Source of the DNA: an uncultured Gammaproteobacteria bacterium
Lineage (GTDB): Bacteria; Patescibacteriota; Microgenomatia; JAMCZE01
Direction of reading: 5' to 3'
NCBI GenBank assembly: GCA_964576435.1
Contig: CAZNUP010000002.1
Location: forward strand, 42,112 to 106,111
Length of the DNA stretch: 64,000 bases
The translations under genes and the position numbers were made by a program. Shown in pieces: positions 14,301 through 20,300 of this stretch. Numbering within the stretch: the stretch's first letter is position 1; each line of letters begins with the position of its first letter. The notes under the pieces were generated by a model that was not told where the DNA came from, did not search any database, and saw only the letters and a list, made by a program, of their open reading frames with translations.

Positions 14301-17300
14301 TTGGGAGATTTGACCACACGGGCAATTTGGGGATTGGTTACAGCTCAAGTCTTAATGGCAAATTAGTGGTTAACGGCAACGTCGGAATTGGAACTTCAAC
14401 AGCCAATGCGGCACTGGAAGTTGTTGGGACGACTGGCATGCTCCTTAAAGCCAACAGTTCATCAGCCGGCTTCACAATTAAAGATCGGGCATCGGTGCCA
14501 GGAGATCAGTTGATTTTTGAAGGGAATACAGGAAATTACACTGTCTTTAATGTTGGCACCAATGGGGCAACTTCCGGAAGTCCAAAGCAATCTGGTTTTG
14601 CTTTGTGGACAGTTGACCCTGATAGCACTGACGATGCAACTCAGTTCCAAGTGCAGTCTAATCCCACATATGGTGGTGTGGTGTTCACCCAAAAGTTTGG
14701 TTCGGGAGCACAAGGTGACTATCCAATTTCGTTGCAGTCAGTTTGGGATCAAGTCTCGACACCAAGTCAACTTGTGCTCGGAACTGGTGGCAATGTTGGG
14801 GTTGGCAGTTCAAGCCCAGGGAATAAGCTTGATGTCACTGGAACTTTGAGGGCGTCGGGCGTGACCACTTTGTCAAACTACACTACTAATAATGGACTGC
14901 TTTACACCAACGGTTCCGGGGTCATTGCTCAAACTGCCGCCGGCTCAACAGGGCAGTGTTTGGTGGGGGCAACAGGATCTGCACCTTCCTGGGCAGCGTG
15001 TGCAGCTGGATCTAGGTGGCAGTTAAACAGCGGAGTGCTTGCCCCAAATGATGTAACACAATCTTTGGCAATAGGGGGAACGGCAACGGGTTCAGCTCTG
15101 GCATATTTTGATGGAGTGAACGGAAATGCACTTCTTAGAGGTGGACTTTCAGTTGCATCATCTTCTGGAAAAGCAGCTCTCACAGTTAATCAGTCAAGCA
15201 CTGGGGATTTGTTCACAGCAAGTGCAGCAGGTGCATCGAGATTCGTGATTAATAATGCTGGCAACGTCGGAATTGGAACGAGCAACCCAACACAAAAATT
15301 AGTGGTTGGTGGTGCAACAAGTGAACTCGAGCTGTATTCGGATTCGGATTTGGGCACTATTGATTCACGAGCTTTGGGTGGGTCATCGTCAAGATGGCTC
15401 GTTATTAATCCAAGCGGTGGCAACGTCGGCATCGGAACGACGGGAGTTAGCAATTCTAAATTCTTGGTGTATGGCGATAGTGGGGCATCGGCGACAAATA
15501 GTTTGGCCATTTTTGGCGATAACCTTGGCATGAGCACCGATGTTAATCGAGCCAAAGTAACCATTGGCAACACTGATGGAATTTCTGAACTCCTATTAGG
15601 GCAAGACAGCACTCACGGGCTGCTGTTTAATTGGAACTATAACGCAACGGCTGGAAACGCGTATGGCGTTTTGGAAACATATGGTGGCAATAATCCGCTA
15701 GCTTTGCAAACAGCTGGTGGTAATGTTGGCATTGGCAGCATCACGCCGGGCTATAAACTCGATGTGAATGGCAACACCAATTCAACTGGGTATTATGTTG
15801 GTGGAGTGGCTGGAGCATCCGTCACAGGACAGTGTGTCACAACAACAAACGGAATTGTTACAGCCAGTGCAACATGTCCAGCAACTGGCGGATCAAAGTG
15901 GCAGCTTAATTCGGGAGTCCTTGCTCCAAATGATGTGACACAAAGTTTGGCAATTGGTGGAACAGCAACTTCAAGCGCACTCGTTTATTTTGACGGAGTC
16001 AATGGCAATGCACTTCTTCGAGGTGGTCTTTCAGTGGCATCATCATCTGGAAAAGCAGCTTTGACAGTTAATCAATCAAGTACTGGAGATATTTTCACAG
16101 CAAGTGCAGCAGGAGCTTCAAAGTTTGTTATTACTTCAGCTGGGAATGTTGGAGTAAATACTACAAACCCCGCAGCATTGTTGGAGATCCATAGCTCGAA
16201 TAATTATTCTAACAGTGGACTAGTATTGACTAATAATGTGGGAGTAGTTAGTGGAGGGTTATCCCTGGGTGGCAGTGGAGAAGTGATATTTAGTTCATCA
16301 AATCTAAATTATTTGTCTATTCAAGCAGGGGGTTTTGGAATTGCTAACAGTATTAATGATTCTTATAGCGGTTTGCTTCAAGTCCCAAATGGTTTGCAGG
16401 TTAATCCCGCTTCGGCTAGTTCTATCGGACTTTCTGTGTTTGGAGAAAGTGGACAAACAGCTAATTTGTCAAACTGGTATGACTCCTCCAGTAATTTGCT
16501 GTTTTCTGTTAATAATCGTGGGTATATTGCTAATGAAGGCAACATAACTGGGCTAAATAATATTCCTGGTTCATTGTCTGTGAATGACATTTTATCTGTG
16601 GCTGCAACATCCTCTGCTTATCCGGCATTTAGACTTAATGCTACAACGGGGCAAGCAGCGATGGTTATTAATCAAGATGATCCGGGTGGAGATTTGTTCA
16701 CTGCCTCGGCAGCTGGTTCACCAAAAGTGGTCATTAGTAATGTTGGGTTCTTGGGAGTTGGCACTACGACACCAGGTGGAATTGGACATTTTAGACAGGA
16801 TGCTAATGGTGGAGTTAGAGTTTATGTTGACAATGCAAGCAATGGTTCGTCGGCTTCAGTCGGGATCGCGCTTCGTGCAACACTCTTGACTGGTGATGGA
16901 ACATTTAACATCGCTAAATATGGATCAGGCTACAGTGATAACCCAAATTGGACAAATGCAGGAGTTATATCCGCCTGGAACGATGTAGCAGGAATAAGAA
17001 TAAGTTCATTTAATGGCCTGGCTTTTGAGACCGGAAATAATGCAGTGAGAGGTTCTTGGACTAATACTGGAAATTTGGGCATAAACACAACCGCACCTCT
17101 TTCTCTTTTTGATGTGCGCGGGGTGAACGGGACAAATGCATATTCTGGTATTTCCTCGGTGGCAACAATTTCTGGCCAAACTTCATTTGCAACTTTGGTT
17201 GTTGATAATTCTGGGGTGGGAGATTTGTTTACAGCTTCTTCCTCTGGCCTTACAAGATTTGTAATTAATCAGAACGGAAATATTGGTATTGGCACAACAT

Positions 17301-20300
17301 ATCCGACTGCAAAATTAGCTTTTGGAGCAGCAACGACGGCGGCGGGGGGAATTGATTTTGGAGGAGATGTGAGTTTGTATCGTTCAGCTGCCGATATATT
17401 AAAGACCGGAGATACATTTTCAATTAGATCTACGATTGGAATCACTGCAACTGGTCCAGCTCTTATTGTCGGCGGCGACGGATTGTCAGATGGTGTCGGA
17501 AATGTTGGCATTAACAAAGGAAGTATTGAGTATTACAGTAGTGGTTATGGACTTAACCTTGGTAGGCCGAATATTGGACCGATTGAATCTATAATTAGCC
17601 GTTCAACTGATGGTTCAACTGGTTACATTGATATCGGAAATAATACTGGTTGGACCGCAACAACACTGCAAGCTTCTGGTGGCAACGTTGGAATCGGCAC
17701 GACCGTGCCCATGGCAACACTGGATGTCCGAAGAAGCAATGGCACAATTGCGACGGCATCAATTTCCGGAGCAACGAGCTTTGCAGGCCTGGTTGTTGAT
17801 AATTCTGGGGTGGGAGATTTGTTTACAGCTTCTTCATCTGGCCTTACAAGATTTGTAATTAATAATGTTGGAGATGTGTTGCCTGGGACTGATGACGCTC
17901 AAGATCTGGGATCCAACGCACTCAGGTGGAGAGATTTGTATCTCGGATCAGACACGTTGCATATTGGCACGTCAACCTCAGATGAATATACGTTAAGCTA
18001 TAACACTGCATCAAACTATCTTGGGTTTAATGTCAATGGCAGTGGGAATTCGGAAGTGGTTTTTGATGCAAATGGGAATGTTGGAATTGGCAGCATCACA
18101 CCTGGATCAAAACTTGATGTTGCCGGAAGTATATCGATGTCTGGGTCACAAACGTTGACGTCAACAGGGACACTTGGAATTGGAACAGCCAATCAAACAG
18201 CCCTCACACTCGGTCGACCAGGAGCACCAACTGTGATTGATGGGTCGACGATCACAATTAATGGAGCACTTATTAATGGAGGAGGAAGTGCAACAATTTC
18301 AGGGACATTGGGGCTTGGTGGAGATGCTTCGTTCTCAGCAAAACTGACATTGGACTCAACAACACCTCAGATTAATGCAACAAACAACAGACCGCTGCAA
18401 CTTGGATTTATGAATACAGGGTCGGTTCAGTTTATGAATGCTTCTAATTACGTTGATGCAAACAACAATCTTTATATTAATGGTGTATTAATTTCTGGAT
18501 CCGCAGTCCAGGGTCATTGGCAGAGGAATAGTGGGGCTGTGGCACCAACTAATATCACTGACTCGCTGCTTGTTGGTGGGACGTCAACAGCGTCTGCTAA
18601 GTTCCAAGTTTATGGTTTGTCTGCATTGAATCCAGTGGCGTCAATTTCGGGTTCAAGTTCCAAGGCAGCACTTATTGTGGATAATACAGTCGGTGATTTA
18701 TTTGCTGCGAGTTCATCAGGATTGTCAAGGTTTGTCATTAATCAAAATGGCAACGTCGGAATTGGAACGACAAATCCCGCAGCACTTTTTGCAGCTGGGC
18801 AGTCGAATCAGTTTAGAGTTAATTCAGCTGGAACCGCATATATAACAAATGCAGCAGGGTCTATATCGTTAGCATCCTATATCGATGATGAGTGGGGAAC
18901 TTTTATTACGACTATTGGTGGAAGTGGGCAAAATTGGAAAATTTCTCCTAATCCAGGAAATAGAACAGCGATTGCATATAGAAATTTCCAGATCGCAGAT
19001 TCGTATAATCCATTCCAGTTTACTTTTAGAACAACGGTGGAGGATGGCAGCGGTGCAAATAACTTAACATTGTCAAGCTATTTCGAACCGTGGCAAACAA
19101 ATCGAGGTAATATGGCGGCATTATATGTTCCATACACTGTTGACGCAGCTGCCTCGCAAAATGGCATTGTTAGAGGGATTTATGTTGACTCAACTGAAAC
19201 CAGCCTGAACGGGTTTACAAATAATTTGATTGATCTACGCGTTGGTGGGGTGCCAAAGTTTGTTGTTGGAGCATCTGGCACTTCGACTACGGCCACGGTG
19301 TCTGGAACAACCAGTTCTGCAGCACTTGTGGTTGATAACTCGGGAGTTGGGGATGTGTTTAGTGCCAGCGCGGCTGGGGTGTCGAGGTTTGTTGTTACAA
19401 GTGGTGGAAATATTGGAATTGGCACCAACATCCCTGGATATAAACTGCAAGTTGCAAGTGGGCAAATTGCTGTTGCTGATGGGTCTGCTGGAACTCCTTC
19501 ATATAGTTTCTTTAATGATCCTGACAATGGCATGTTTAGACCTGGACCAAACACAATTGGCTTAAGTGCTGGGGGATCACAGGTTTTTTATGGAACGTTG
19601 GGGGGATCAGTGGTTTCAGGCTATATGGTTGGGGATGCAAGCCCGCTAACCCTTGGAAACAATAATGATTGGGGAGTGGGTGAGCAAATGCAGTTTGATT
19701 ATGCTGATGATAGCACTGTGGTTTCTCGAATTGGCTCGAATCAACATGCATCGGGAGATTATAGTTTGGATTTTTACACTACAACTGATGGTGGGTCAAG
19801 TTTGCCAGCGAGACTGCGAATTGGCCATGATGGAAACATTGGCATAAACACAACTGCACCTCTGTCACTATTGGATGTTCGAGGAATAAGTGGAACGAAT
19901 GCTTATTCAGGCATATCCTCGGTGGCAACAGTTTCTGGAAAAACATCGTTTGCAGCAATGGTTGTTGACAACTCAGGAGTAGGAGACCTGTTTACTGCCT
20001 CATCATCAGGCCTGTCTAGGTTTGTGATCTCACAAAATGGGAATATTGGGATTGGGACAACAGTTCCTGATGCTAAGGTTACAATTCTTGGAGGAAATGA
20101 CATTAAATTTACCGGAGTGTCTGCTCAAAATCAGGCATCGTTCATTGGTAGTAATGCCACGGATGATTTCAGTATTTTGGCTGGAATTGGGAACGGCAAG
20201 ACATTGACCATTGGAGCAAACGGCAGTTTGACTTCATTGAATAGAATAATTTTGTCGTCCACGGCGCTGCAAATTTTGCCTGGAAACACCAATGTTGGTA

